Of a DNA stretch of 64,000 nt, positions 18,245-32,052 are shown piece by piece. Position 1 is the stretch's first letter. Each line of letters opens with the position of its first letter. The stretch spans positions 11,330 to 75,329 of the forward strand of contig JBEBGV010000011.1 of NCBI GenBank assembly GCA_040081265.1, written 5' to 3'. This stretch comes from Vicinamibacterales bacterium (GTDB lineage: Bacteria; Acidobacteriota; Vicinamibacteria; Vicinamibacterales; UBA2999). Under the pieces are notes generated by a model, which had not been told where the DNA came from, did no database searches, and saw nothing but the letters and a program-made list of their open reading frames with translations. Made by a program: the position numbers and the translations under genes.

Positions 18245-20383
18245 GTGACGAATGGCTCCCACACCGCCCCAGCAGGTCAGACGCTCGACGAGCTGACGGC
18301 GGGTGTCGCGTCAGGCGACCGACGCAGCCTGGCCAGGGCGATGTCCCTCGTTGAGAACGAGTCCGCTGGCGGCACGGCCCTGATTCATCGACTCCTGCCT
18401 GCAACTGGTCGCGCGCACATCATCGGCATTACTGGTCCCCCGGGAGCGGGCAAGAGCACCATCGTCAACGCGCTCGTGGACCTCATCCGGGCCACCGGCG
18501 AGACCGTCGGGGTCATTGCCGTCGATCCCACGAGTCCCTTCACCGGAGGTGCGGTCCTTGGTGACCGCGTCAGGATGACCGCGCATGCCGCCGACCCCGG
18601 AGTGTTCGTGCGGAGCATGGCGACGCGCGGCAACCTCGGTGGTCTTGCGCGGGCGACAGGCGACGTCGCCGTCCTGATGGATGCAGCCGGTTTCAACGTG
18701 GTCCTCATCGAGACGGTTGGCGTCGGACAGGACGAGGTCGACATCGTCCGAGCTGCGGATACGGCCGTGGTGTTACTGGTACCCGGCGCCGGCGACGATG
18801 TGCAGGCGATCAAGGCCGGCATCATGGAAATCGCCGATGTCTTCGTCGTGAACAAGGCGGATCGGGAGGGCGCCGACCAGCTTGTGCAGGCGATCCGCGC
18901 GTCACAGGCACTCGGGGAGGGTGGCACGCAGGGACATGCGCCGGTGCTCAAGACCGTCGCGGCCACCGGGGATGGCGTCGCCGACCTGTGGACGTTCCTC
19001 CGGGCGCGGCGAACAGACGGGGCACGCCGGCAGACTCGACGCGCGGCACTCGAGGCCAGGGTCGTCTCACCTCCGGTGTCGCCGCAGGCTGGCATGCGTG
19101 GTGGAACTGCGACGAGAGCGGTGCTGGACCATGTGGGCGTGGCGGTGCGCGACGTCGAATCGGCACTGGCGTTCTATCGAGATGCGCTAGGCATCGCCGT
19201 TGACGGGACCGAGGTCGTTGCCGATCAGAAAGTAACGGCGCACTTTCTCGACACGGGCGGTGCCCGACTGGAACTGCTCGAACCAACCAGTCCGGATTCG
19301 GTCATCGCACGGTACCTCGAACGGCGTGGCCCTGGCCTTCATCACATCACGCTGCGCGTTGCTGACATTGATGACACGCTCGCCCGCCTGAAGCAGAAAG
19401 GCGTCAGCCTGATCGACGAGGCGGCCCGAACAGGCGCTGAGGGTACCCGGATTGCGTTCATTCACCCGGCATCGGCGCATGGAGTGCTGGTCGAGCTGAA
19501 GGAGGGTCCGAGGCCCGCTTCAGACCTGCATGTCCGGGCTTTTGACGTTGGCGCGCTTCGCGTCACCCTGCTCCATGACGGCCTCTTTCGTCTGGACGGA
19601 GGAGCGATGTTCGGCGTGGTGCCACGCATGCTGTGGGAGCGAAAGGCACCAGCTGACGATCGCCACCGCATTCAACTCGCGATGCGTCCGGCCCTGGTGG
19701 AGGGCGACTGGGGACGTCTGCTCATCGACTGCGGTGCGGGTGACAAGTTCTCGGACAAGGAGCGGGACATCTACGCGTTCGAGCGCGAGCGTCATCTCGA
19801 CCATGCGTTGGCCGACGCGGGATTGTCGAGCAGCGATATTCCACTCGTGCTGCCCACGCACCTGCACTTCGATCACTTCGGCGGGGCGACCGAGCGGCGC
19901 GCCGACGGCGTCGGTCCACGTTTTCCGAACGCACGATACGCCATTCGCAGGGCCGAGTGGGAAGATGCCACCCATCCGCACGAGCGGAACAGGGCCAGCT
20001 ATCTTTGCGAGGACTTCGTTCCGTTGCTTGACGCCGGCGTCGTCGACTTCTACGAAGACGATCATGAGGTGCGACCAGGCGTCCGCATTGAACGCACCGG
20101 CGGGCACACGGGGCAGCATCAGATGGTGTTCATCGAGTCTCACGGACAGACGGCGGTGTTTGCGGCGGACATCATTCCAACCACGGCTCATATTCAGGAC
20201 CCGTGGGTGATGGGCTACGACCTCTTTCCAATGGAGACGCTGGCCGTCAAGCGCCGCCTGATTCGGGACGCCGTCGATCGGGAGTTCATCGTCATCTTCG
20301 AGCACGACCCGGTGGTGGCCGCCGGATACATCCGTGAGCGGGATGGCCGTCGCTACGTTGAAGCGCTGCGCTACACTAACTGA
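18245..20383 (+). CDS. tri-domain fusion protein: MeaB/ArgK-like GTPase + methylmalonyl-CoA epimerase (VOC fold) + MBL-fold metallo-hydrolase
   Basis: Single uninterrupted frame. GTG 18245 lies just after the ACAD stop. MeaB P-loop GITGPPGAGKST, VDPTSPFTGGAVLGDR, ETVGVGQ, NKAD. Epimerase VLDHVGVAVRDVESALAFYRDALG...GLHHITLRV. MBL THLHFDHFGG, GGHTGQH, EHD. Confidence 0.8.
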   Translation: MTNGSHTAPAGQTLDELTAGVASGDRRSLARAMSLVENESAGGTALIHRLLPATGRAHIIGITGPPGAGKSTIVNALVDLIRATGETVGVIAVDPTSPFTGGAVLGDRVRMTAHAADPGVFVRSMATRGNLGGLARATGDVAVLMDAAGFNVVLIETVGVGQDEVDIVRAADTAVVLLVPGAGDDVQAIKAGIMEIADVFVVNKADREGADQLVQAIRASQALGEGGTQGHAPVLKTVAATGDGVADLWTFLRARRTDGARRQTRRAALEARVVSPPVSPQAGMRGGTATRAVLDHVGVAVRDVESALAFYRDALGIAVDGTEVVADQKVTAHFLDTGGARLELLEPTSPDSVIARYLERRGPGLHHITLRVADIDDTLARLKQKGVSLIDEAARTGAEGTRIAFIHPASAHGVLVELKEGPRPASDLHVRAFDVGALRVTLLHDGLFRLDGGAMFGVVPRMLWERKAPADDRHRIQLAMRPALVEGDWGRLLIDCGAGDKFSDKERDIYAFERERHLDHALADAGLSSSDIPLVLPTHLHFDHFGGATERRADGVGPRFPNARYAIRRAEWEDATHPHERNRASYLCEDFVPLLDAGVVDFYEDDHEVRPGVRIERTGGHTGQHQMVFIESHGQTAVFAADIIPTTAHIQDPWVMGYDLFPMETLAVKRRLIRDAVDREFIVIFEHDPVVAAGYIRERDGRRYVEALRYTN

Positions 20384-20386
20384 CAC

Positions 20387-21253
20387 ATGGACAGTGTAAG
20401 AATCGGGATCGTAGGTGGCAGTGGCTTGTACGACATGGCCGAGGTGACCGATCGCAAGGAGGTTCGCCTGACGACGCCGTTTGGCGATCCGTCAGACGCC
20501 TACGTGCTGGGCACCCTGCGCGGCAAGCGCGTGGCGTTTCTTCCGAGGCACGGTGTCGGTCACCGTTTCAGCCCGTCGGAACTGAACTATCGGGCCAACA
20601 TCTTCGGCTTCAAGATGCTTGGGGTTGAATACCTGCTCTCTGCCAGCGCCGTTGGCAGTCTCAAGCAGGAGTACAAGCCACTCGACATCGTGATCCCGGA
20701 TCAGTTCTTTGACCGGACCAATGGCCGGATCAGTACCTTCTTCGGCAAGGGGCTCGTGGCGCATGTGGGCTTTGCGCATCCGTTCTGCCGGCATCTGAGC
20801 CAGATGACGATCGACGTCGGGCGGAAGGTCGGCGCGACCATTCACGCCGGCGGGACCTACGTCTGCATGGAGGGGCCGCAGTTCTCCACGCTCGCCGAGT
20901 CGAAGACGTACCGGTCGTGGGGGATGGACATCATCGGCATGACCAACCTTCAAGAAGCGAAGCTCGCGCGCGAGGCCGAGATCTGTTACACGACGATCGC
21001 ACTGGTGACCGACTACGACTGCTGGCACCCCGAGCACGATTCGGTCACCGTCGAGATGGTGATCGCCAACCTCGTTCAGAACGCCAAAACGGCGCAGCAG
21101 ATCATCGCCGGTGCGGTCGAAGGGTTACCGTTCGACCGCAACTGTGAGTGCGCGACGGCGCTCAAGCATGCACTGATCACGCGGCCAGACGCGGTGCCCG
21201 CTGAGACCCGGAAAGAGCTGTCCCTGCTCGTATCCAAATACCTTCCCTCATAA
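20387..21253 (+). CDS. mtnP: S-methyl-5'-thioadenosine phosphorylase
   Basis: [19 protein letters not shown]...[25 protein letters not shown]: PNP/MTAP family signature layout. Confidence 0.85.
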   Translation: MDSVRIGIVGGSGLYDMAEVTDRKEVRLTTPFGDPSDAYVLGTLRGKRVAFLPRHGVGHRFSPSELNYRANIFGFKMLGVEYLLSASAVGSLKQEYKPLDIVIPDQFFDRTNGRISTFFGKGLVAHVGFAHPFCRHLSQMTIDVGRKVGATIHAGGTYVCMEGPQFSTLAESKTYRSWGMDIIGMTNLQEAKLAREAEICYTTIALVTDYDCWHPEHDSVTVEMVIANLVQNAKTAQQIIAGAVEGLPFDRNCECATALKHALITRPDAVPAETRKELSLLVSKYLPS

Positions 21254-21263
21254 GCAGAGAGTG

Positions 21264-22268
21264 ATGTCCACACAGCGATTCGAGGTGACAGCCGTCGGCA
21301 ATGCCATCGTCGACGTATTCACGCAGGCCGACGATGCCCTGCTCGAGAAGTGCGGATTGATCAAGGGCGCCATGACGCTGATCGACGCCAGGGCAGCAGA
21401 GTCGCTCTACGCGATCATGGGACCAGGAGTAGAGATGTCCGGCGGTTCAGCCGCCAATACAGTGGCCGGAATCGCGGCGCTCGGTGGCCGGACCGCCTAT
21501 ATCGGCAAGGTCGCTGACGATCAGCTTGGGGACGTCTTCGAGCACGATATCCGCGCGATTGGCGTGACCTACGACACGCCACGCCTGACGGAGGGGATGT
21601 CTACAGCGCGGTGCCTGGTGTTTGTGACGCCAGACGCGCAGCGGACGATGCAGACCTTTCTCGGCGCGACCACGCAACTGGGACCTGAAGATGTGAACCT
21701 CGACTACATCACGGCGTCGAAGGTGCTGTATCTCGAGGGCTACCTGTGGGATCAGCCGCGCGCCAAGGCGGCCATGCGGGACGCCGCGATCGCGGCTCGT
21801 CGAGCCGGTGTCAAGGTGGCCCTGACGCTGTCGGACCCGTTCTGCGTTGCCCGCTTCAGGGACGAATTCCAGGAACTCGTCGACCAGCACGTCGACATTC
21901 TGTTCGCGAACGAGGTCGAGATTCTCTCGCTCTATCAGGTCGAACACTTCGACGATGCGTTGCAGCAGGTCAGGGCGCATGCCGAGATTGCAGCCCTCAC
22001 CCGCAGCGAGAAGGGCTCGGTCATCGTCAACGGGCCTGAGGTTCATGTCATCGATGCGGTGCCCGGGATCACTGTTCTCGACACCACCGGTGCCGGGGAC
22101 GCCTACGCTGGAGGATTCCTCTATGCGTTTACGCAGGGACATGACCTTGCGACATGCGGGCGTCTCGGAGGCGCGCTTGCAGCCCACGTCATCAGCCAGA
22201 TTGGGGCACGGCCGACGGGTAGTCTCGAAGACGTCGCTGCCCGCGTTCTCGCGTCGTCGCTGCGCTAG
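21264..22268 (+). CDS. PfkB-family adenosine kinase
   Basis: GNAIVDV, GGSAANT, C-terminal DTTGAGDAYAGGF PfkB signature. ORF opens at GTG 21261 with ATG at 21264. Adjacent to mtnP (purine/methionine salvage). Confidence 0.75.
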   Translation: MSTQRFEVTAVGNAIVDVFTQADDALLEKCGLIKGAMTLIDARAAESLYAIMGPGVEMSGGSAANTVAGIAALGGRTAYIGKVADDQLGDVFEHDIRAIGVTYDTPRLTEGMSTARCLVFVTPDAQRTMQTFLGATTQLGPEDVNLDYITASKVLYLEGYLWDQPRAKAAMRDAAIAARRAGVKVALTLSDPFCVARFRDEFQELVDQHVDILFANEVEILSLYQVEHFDDALQQVRAHAEIAALTRSEKGSVIVNGPEVHVIDAVPGITVLDTTGAGDAYAGGFLYAFTQGHDLATCGRLGGALAAHVISQIGARPTGSLEDVAARVLASSLR

Positions 22269-22363
22269 GCTGCTCGATTGCCCGCGCTTTTTGTGTTGAG
22301 GGTGCTGGGCCGAATCTGAACGATCGTGCGTGTTACGATCCGCACATTCATGGAGGACGTGGA

Positions 22364-22978
22364 ATGCGTCGACTGATATTTCTTGTCTCGGCACTGGCGC
22401 TGGCGGCTCTGATAACAACTGGCGCGCAACAACCCGCCGGACGGGGAGGTGCGCCTGCTGCTCCGGCCGCTCCTCCGATGACGCTCACCGTTTCAGGTTT
22501 TGCCGACGGGACGGCCATCCCTGTGCGCTTCAGCCAGGCGGCCCCTGGTGCCGCCCCGGGGGAAGGCACCTCGCCGGCGATCAGCTGGACGAACACGCCC
22601 GCAGGCACCCAGTCGTTCGTGCTCAACATGCGTGATCTGGACGTGGCGCGCAACCGAACCACCGAGGACCAGGCGCATTGGGTGGTGTGGAACATCCCGG
22701 CCACCGAGACCGGCCTTCCCGAAGGGGTGCCGCGTGGTTCGCAGCTTGCCAACGGGGCGTTCCAGATCAGTGCCACTGGGCCTGTCTACCGTGGCCCTGG
22801 TGCTCCCGCCACTGGCCCGGTTCACCACTACATGTTCGAGATCTATGCGCTCGACATCAAGCTGGACGTCCAGCCGACCGCTGACGCGTTCGAGACTCGC
22901 GCGAATGTGATGCGTGCGATGCAGGGGCACATTCTCGGCAAGGCGGTCTACGGCGGCCTGTTCAGGCGCCCGCAGTAG
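22364..22978 (+). CDS. secreted YbhB/YbcL (PEBP/Raf-kinase-inhibitor-like) family protein
   Basis: Signal peptide MRRLIFLVSALALAALI. PEBP motifs HWVVWNIP and GPVHHYMFEIYALD. Confidence 0.85.
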   Translation: MRRLIFLVSALALAALITTGAQQPAGRGGAPAAPAAPPMTLTVSGFADGTAIPVRFSQAAPGAAPGEGTSPAISWTNTPAGTQSFVLNMRDLDVARNRTTEDQAHWVVWNIPATETGLPEGVPRGSQLANGAFQISATGPVYRGPGAPATGPVHHYMFEIYALDIKLDVQPTADAFETRANVMRAMQGHILGKAVYGGLFRRPQ

Positions 22979-23034
22979 TCGCGGCAGGGGTACCTGCGGA
23001 ACCGCTCCTCTCCCAAACAGGTGTGGAGGTAGGG

Positions 23035-23292
23035 ATGGCGTGGCTATCACGGTCGATGAAGTGGATCATGCTGGTGTCGGGTGCCCTGACGTGCACCATG
23101 ATCTACGCGGCCATCGCACCACAGGCCGCCCTTCAGGGGACGTTCGGTGACGCCCTGCAGGGTCCGGTGGCGGAGGTGGTGGTCCGGAACTGGAGCGTGC
23201 TCATCACGTTGATGGGCGCGATGCTCATCTACGGCGCCTTGTGGGCACAGGCTATAAGAGCTCTTTCAGCCGTGTGTAGCCGCTGCGGCTGA
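23035..23292 (+). CDS. small hypothetical membrane protein
   Basis: GGAGG (23025-23029) 5 nt before ATG 23035. MAWLSRSMKWIMLVSGALTCTMIYAAIAP... has two hydrophobic helices. Its 3' end overlaps the convergent response-regulator gene by 41 nt. Confidence 0.45.
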   Translation: MAWLSRSMKWIMLVSGALTCTMIYAAIAPQAALQGTFGDALQGPVAEVVVRNWSVLITLMGAMLIYGALWAQAIRALSAVCSRCG

Positions 23293-23995
23293 CCGGCAGC
23301 TGACGCCCGTCCTTGAGGACCGCCACCCGTGAGTCCTTGGCGGCCAGCTCCAGGCGGGCCAGGCGATCGAGGTTCATCAGGAACGAGCGGTGAATGCGCA
23401 CGAACCGCTGCGGGTCGAGCTGGCGTTCGAGGTCGGTCAGGGGCTGTTCCTTCAGCAGGCTCCTGTCGCCGACCTTGACCGACACGTAGTCGTCCTGTGC
23501 TTCTATGTAGTCCACCTTGTCGGTCGCCACGACATGCACGTTGGCGCCGTCGCGGATCACGATGCGGCTGATCCACGCGCCCGGCGGCCGCGCATCCACG
23601 GTGAGCTGACCGGGTGTGGGGCCGCCAGGATTCTGAGCCAGTCGCTTTCGCGCGACGCCGAGCGCTTCGTGCAGGCGATCGGCCCCGAAGGGCTTCAGCA
23701 GGTAGTCGATGGCGTGTACCTCGAACGCCCTGAGCGCGTATTCGTCGTAGGCCGTGGCAAACACGACCGCCACTTCACGGCCCACGAGCTGCAGTACCTC
23801 GAAGCCATTCAGCTTCGGCATCTGGACATCGAGCAGCAGCAGGTCCGGGTGAACCTCGGTGACGGCCTTGACGGCTTCAAAGCCGTTGGCGCACTCGGCG
23901 ACGATCTCGACGTCGGGATCTGCACTCAGGTACTCGCGCAACACTTGTCGCGCCGGCGCTTCATCGTCAACGATCGCGATTCTGAGGCGGGTCAT
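23252..23995 (-). CDS. LytR/AlgR-family response regulator (receiver + LytTR DNA-binding domain)
   Basis: Receiver domain IAIVDDE...DLLLLDVQMP. C-terminal LytTR-like ...VDYIEAQDDYVSVKV...FVRIHRSFLMNLD. Confidence 0.9.
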   Translation of the reverse strand: MTRLRIAIVDDEAPARQVLREYLSADPDVEIVAECANGFEAVKAVTEVHPDLLLLDVQMPKLNGFEVLQLVGREVAVVFATAYDEYALRAFEVHAIDYLLKPFGADRLHEALGVARKRLAQNPGGPTPGQLTVDARPPGAWISRIVIRDGANVHVVATDKVDYIEAQDDYVSVKVGDRSLLKEQPLTDLERQLDPQRFVRIHRSFLMNLDRLARLELAAKDSRVAVLKDGRQLPVSRSGYTRLKELL

Positions 23996-25041
23996 GCGGG
24001 GCCTTCCAGCGGGATTGACAGCAGCACGGTGAACCGAGCGTCGTTCGATTCGGCGTGGAGCGTGGCCAGCGGACCGTACGTCGTTTCGAGGCGCGCCCGC
24101 ACATTCTTGAGGCCGATGCCTGTCCCGTGGCGCTCTTCGTCGGGATCAAATGGATTCTCGACCCGTACGGCAATGCGCCCGGTGTGACGAGTGACCTCGA
24201 GCGTCACGGTCCCGCCATCGACCAGCGTCGCGATGCCATGGCGAACCGCGTTCTCCACCAGCGGCTGCAGGAGCAGCGCGGGCATCGGGATGTCGCCGAC
24301 GTCGTCTGCGACCTGGAAGTTGATGCCAAGGCGTGAGCCGAAGCGCAATCGCTCGATCTCGAGGTAGCGCCGCGCCAGGTCGACTTCGCTCGACAAGGCG
24401 ATGCGGTTCTGGGCCCCGGCGCGGAGGCTCTCGCGGAAGAAGTCGGCGAGCTCGATGCACATCTGCCGCGCGCCTGCGGGGCTGCTGCCGATGAGGCTGC
24501 TGATCGAATGCAGGCAGTTGAACAGGAAGTGCGGATTGACCTGGGCACGCAACGCCCGAAGCTCGGCGTCACGTGCGCCGATTTCGGCCTGGAGCATGCG
24601 TGCGGCGACTGCCTGACGCTCGTCGCCAGCGGTCAGGGTGTAGTTGACGGCGCTGGCAAGCATGAACAGCAGCGCCGCTCCGAGCGCGGCCGGCATGGTC
24701 ATCGTCGGGAATACGGCGTAAGGCGATGGCGCCGCAGGTGAGACCAGCCAGAGCCAGGCGCGGCCGGCCTCCAGCCAGAGCCCTGCAGTGATGAGCGCCG
24801 CCAGACTGATAGTCACGAGCACCCGCCACGGGTCAGAAGTAGTGATTGGTGCGGCTCGGCAGACATAGGCGGCTGCGAGCACTGGAAGGCCGAGCGCTTC
24901 CCCCCAGAGCGCCACCGCCCACGCGTCGCCGAGTTGGCCGCCTGCCCACCAGAAAGGCAAGAGACCGGCACCGGCGCCAAATAGTGGCCACAGGATGATG
25001 AACAGTCGGCGCCGATGAGGGTGGGAGAGGACGGGATGCAC
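23992..25041 (-). CDS. LytS/YehU-type sensor histidine kinase
   Basis: Polytopic N-terminus. NPHFLFNCLHSI motif of the His_kinase (PF06580-type) family. HATPase N/G boxes (LLLQPLVENAVRHG, GTGIGLKNV). 4-nt overlap with the regulator gene. Confidence 0.9.
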   Translation of the reverse strand: MHPVLSHPHRRRLFIILWPLFGAGAGLLPFWWAGGQLGDAWAVALWGEALGLPVLAAAYVCRAAPITTSDPWRVLVTISLAALITAGLWLEAGRAWLWLVSPAAPSPYAVFPTMTMPAALGAALLFMLASAVNYTLTAGDERQAVAARMLQAEIGARDAELRALRAQVNPHFLFNCLHSISSLIGSSPAGARQMCIELADFFRESLRAGAQNRIALSSEVDLARRYLEIERLRFGSRLGINFQVADDVGDIPMPALLLQPLVENAVRHGIATLVDGGTVTLEVTRHTGRIAVRVENPFDPDEERHGTGIGLKNVRARLETTYGPLATLHAESNDARFTVLLSIPLEGPA

Positions 25042-25059
25042 GCGGGTGGGCGGATGGCG

Positions 25060-25965
25060 CTAGTTGCGAATCTCGACCTGGCCCATGAACACGGAGCCGT
25101 CGATGACGAGTCGTCTGGAAGAACCTTCAACCGGCCGGTCCGAGCGGTCCTCGAGGTTACCGAGCACCGTGGTCACGCGCGATTCGACAGTCCAGTTCTG
25201 GGGCAGTCGCAGGACCACCTGCCCCATGATGACCTGCACCCAGATGCTGGCCCCAACGTCAGCCATGCGGCAGTCGCGCAGATCGAGTTCAACGCTTCCC
25301 ATGGCCGCCGTGATGGTCCCTCCGCGAAACGCCTGCGACACGTTGCGGCGTTCGATGCCCGCCAGGATTGCGACCTCGCGCAGCGACGCTGACTGGTCTG
25401 TGGTCTCGGTCGCCGACGTGGGCGTCGAGTCCGCCGCCTGATTGAATCCCAGGTGGGGCGCCTGTGCCTGATCCGGCGGGCCACCGGGGAACGGCGGTAT
25501 CGGCGGAGCGGGTGAGCCGTGGGAAGAGAGATCCGCGCGCCAGCGGGCCTTGAAGAGCACGTTCAACCCAACGCCAATCAGGATGATCGGCCAGAACAGC
25601 CCGATCACGTTGATGTCCCAGTCGAACAGCCGATCCGCCAGCCAGAAGCTGCCGAACCCGGTCGCGATCGCACCGAAGATGCGCTCGCCGCCCTGCCCGA
25701 ACACGAGCCTCGACAGCCCGAAGAGGATGACGATCAGCGGCCAGAAGTTCCGGAAGAAGTATCTCGCCTCGATGAGGTTGAGGTTGTCGAGGAGGAACAG
25801 GACGCCCATGCCGATCAGCACGACTCCGAAGAAGACTGGCGCATCGCGGTGTCGGGCGTGAAAGTGCGCACGCATCTGCGCCCGATGTGCGGCACGGGTT
25901 GCGCGCCTGGCGGCGTCGGTGGCGTGCGCGGTAACGCCGGGGTTGTCATCGGGGAACGGGGTCAT
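25060..25965 (-). CDS. LiaF-like / cell-wall-active-antibiotic-response membrane protein
   Basis: N-terminal TM helices (FFGVVLIGMGVLFLLDNL..., FWPLIVILFGL, LFWPIILIGVGL), Pro-rich linker, C-terminal beta-rich domain with LiaF-like pattern (MGSVELDLRD..., VLRLP..., GSVFMGQVEIRN). Confidence 0.7.
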   Translation of the reverse strand: MTPFPDDNPGVTAHATDAARRATRAAHRAQMRAHFHARHRDAPVFFGVVLIGMGVLFLLDNLNLIEARYFFRNFWPLIVILFGLSRLVFGQGGERIFGAIATGFGSFWLADRLFDWDINVIGLFWPIILIGVGLNVLFKARWRADLSSHGSPAPPIPPFPGGPPDQAQAPHLGFNQAADSTPTSATETTDQSASLREVAILAGIERRNVSQAFRGGTITAAMGSVELDLRDCRMADVGASIWVQVIMGQVVLRLPQNWTVESRVTTVLGNLEDRSDRPVEGSSRRLVIDGSVFMGQVEIRN

Positions 25966-25979
25966 AGGGTGCCTTCAGC

Positions 25980-26162
25980 CTAGATGATAGCCAGCAGGCG
26001 GCTCGTCAGTCCGACGATGAAGTCCCAGACGCCGTCGGCCGCCGCGAGCATGACAAACGATTCGGGCTGGGTTGTCATCAGCCAGATGATCCCGGCCGCG
26101 AGCAGGGAGGCAGCCAGGAAGACGGTCATCGCCGCAATTCCAGCCACTCCCACTTCCTGCAT
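25980..26162 (-). CDS. small (60 aa) two-helix membrane protein, first gene of the LiaF-like/LytS/LytTR operon
   Basis: ATG at 26162 preceded by GGAG at 7-nt spacing. MQEVGVAGIAAMTVFLAASLLAAGIIWLM...VWDFIVGLTSRLLAII. The longer ORF 25980-26348 extends into the heptamer repeat and is rejected. Confidence 0.5.
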   Translation of the reverse strand: MQEVGVAGIAAMTVFLAASLLAAGIIWLMTTQPESFVMLAAADGVWDFIVGLTSRLLAII

Positions 26163-26252
26163 CGGTGTCTCCACGAGGGAGAGCGTATGGCGGCCTGAAA
26201 GAGGTGAGAAGGAGATTTCGGTGGGCAGCGCCCGGCCCCGGCGAATGACGCC

Positions 26253-26377
26253 GAAGAGGGAAGTGCGAAGTGAGAAGTTCGAAGTGTGAAGTGGGAACGT
26301 GCGAAGTGGAGGTGGGAAGCAGGTTGGAAGTGACTTCACACTTCTCACTTCTCACTTCTCACTTCACACTTCTCACT

Positions 26378-26382
<5 letters not shown>
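26253..26382. repeat. heptamer tandem-repeat hairpin element (GAAGTNN units on the left arm, TTCNCAC units on the right arm), locus 1
   Basis: Read directly. Left arm: gaagtgc gaagtga gaagttc gaagtgt gaagtgg ... Centre: ggaagt g acttc. Right arm: ttcacac ttctcac ttctcac ttctcac ttcacac ttctcac ttcac. The stop codon (tca, 26378-26380) of the efflux gene lies in the last unit. Confidence 0.85.
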
Positions 26383-30820
<4,438 letters not shown>

Positions 30821-30835
30821 GGGGCGCTCCGGAAC

Positions 30836-31996
30836 TCAGCGAACGGGAATAGGGTTGACGGTCGTGCCTGAGGCAAGCTCGCGGCCGGTGTCGGCGAGGA
30901 TGACGTCACCGGCTGAGAGGCCCCGTGTCACCTGGATCAGCGTGCCGTTGCTCAGGCCTTCGGTCACCGGCGACACCTCGATCGTGTTGTTGGAGACCTT
31001 CATGACCACGCGGGCGCCGTCGCGCGTGGTGATGGCAGCCCGGGGTACGGCGAGCACGTCCGTCGCGCGGGCGAGAGGGATGGTTGCGACGCCGTACATC
31101 CCGGAGAGCAGCGTGCCCGACGGGTTGGTCGTTCGAACCTCGATGGCGAAGTGCCGGTTGCGGGCGTCAACCTCGGGCGCAATCGCCGCGACGCGCCCAT
31201 CGAACGATTCGCCCGGCCGTGCCTGCACCATGAGTGTCGCGGGCATGCCCACGCGCAGGCGGCCAGCCTCGAGTTCCGACACTCCAACGACCAGCTTGAC
31301 GACGCTCAGATCAGCCACGACAACGATCGGCCGTTCAGTCCCCGGGCTGACCAGACTGCCGGGGTCGAAGTTGCGCTCGACGATGACGCCGTTGATAGGC
31401 GACGTGATGGTGGCATCGCGCTGTATTTCCTGAGCACGTCGATGCGACGCTTCAGCCTGGGCCAGATTGGCCCGGGCCAGTTCTCGTTGCGCGTTCGCTG
31501 CGCGGTGAGCCGTCTCGGCCCCGTCAAGGCGCTGGCGCGGGACAGCGCCCTTGTCGAACAGGTTCTGCGCGCGGTCGCGCTCGAGGACGGCGCTGGCGAG
31601 CGCCGCTTCGGCTGACTCGATGGTGGCTCTGGCGACGTTGATCGCGGCAGCGGCAGCGTCAACCTGCGCGTCGAGTTCGCGTCGGTCGAGGGTGGCCAGC
31701 ACCTGCCCGACCCGGACACGGTCGCCGATGTCGACGTTCACCCTCGAGAGCGTTCCCGGAAGCGTCGACTTCACCCCGACCCGCGCCTGCGGCGAAAGCG
31801 TGCCGGACAACTGCAGAGACGACTCGATGTCGCCGGTCGTCACCGTCATCACCGGAACGTCAACCCGCGCCGCAGGTGCGCCCGCGTCGGTCGCCGCCGA
31901 AGCGGTAGGCTCGGTGCTGCGGCAGGCCGACATGGCGGGGACGGAGAAGGTGAGAGCGATGAGCGCCAGGGAACGAGCAGTGGTCGGACCGAACAT
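30836..31996 (-). CDS. efflux RND periplasmic adaptor (membrane fusion protein, HlyD family)
   Basis: Start ATG at 31996 (MFGPTTARSLALIALTFSVPAMSAC, lipoprotein-like). Lipoyl/barrel-sandwich and coiled-coil hairpin pattern (VLATLDRRELDAQVDAAAAAINVA...ITSPINGVIVER). 15 nt upstream of the RND gene. The N-terminal 93 codons of ORF 30836-32275 are rejected. Confidence 0.88.
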   Translation of the reverse strand: MFGPTTARSLALIALTFSVPAMSACRSTEPTASAATDAGAPAARVDVPVMTVTTGDIESSLQLSGTLSPQARVGVKSTLPGTLSRVNVDIGDRVRVGQVLATLDRRELDAQVDAAAAAINVARATIESAEAALASAVLERDRAQNLFDKGAVPRQRLDGAETAHRAANAQRELARANLAQAEASHRRAQEIQRDATITSPINGVIVERNFDPGSLVSPGTERPIVVVADLSVVKLVVGVSELEAGRLRVGMPATLMVQARPGESFDGRVAAIAPEVDARNRHFAIEVRTTNPSGTLLSGMYGVATIPLARATDVLAVPRAAITTRDGARVVMKVSNNTIEVSPVTEGLSNGTLIQVTRGLSAGDVILADTGRELASGTTVNPIPVR

Positions 31997-32052
31997 AATG
32001 TGCCTCTGTATCAGGGTGAGCCCGGAAGGTCGTCGCGTGTCGTGTCCAGCAG

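Noticed and set aside
16585-18264. 559-aa minus-strand ORF spanning the whole acyl-CoA dehydrogenase locus.
   Set aside because: Only the last 158 codons (16585-17061) look like a real protein (signal peptide plus beta-barrel ending in F). The rest is antisense to a clear ACAD gene.
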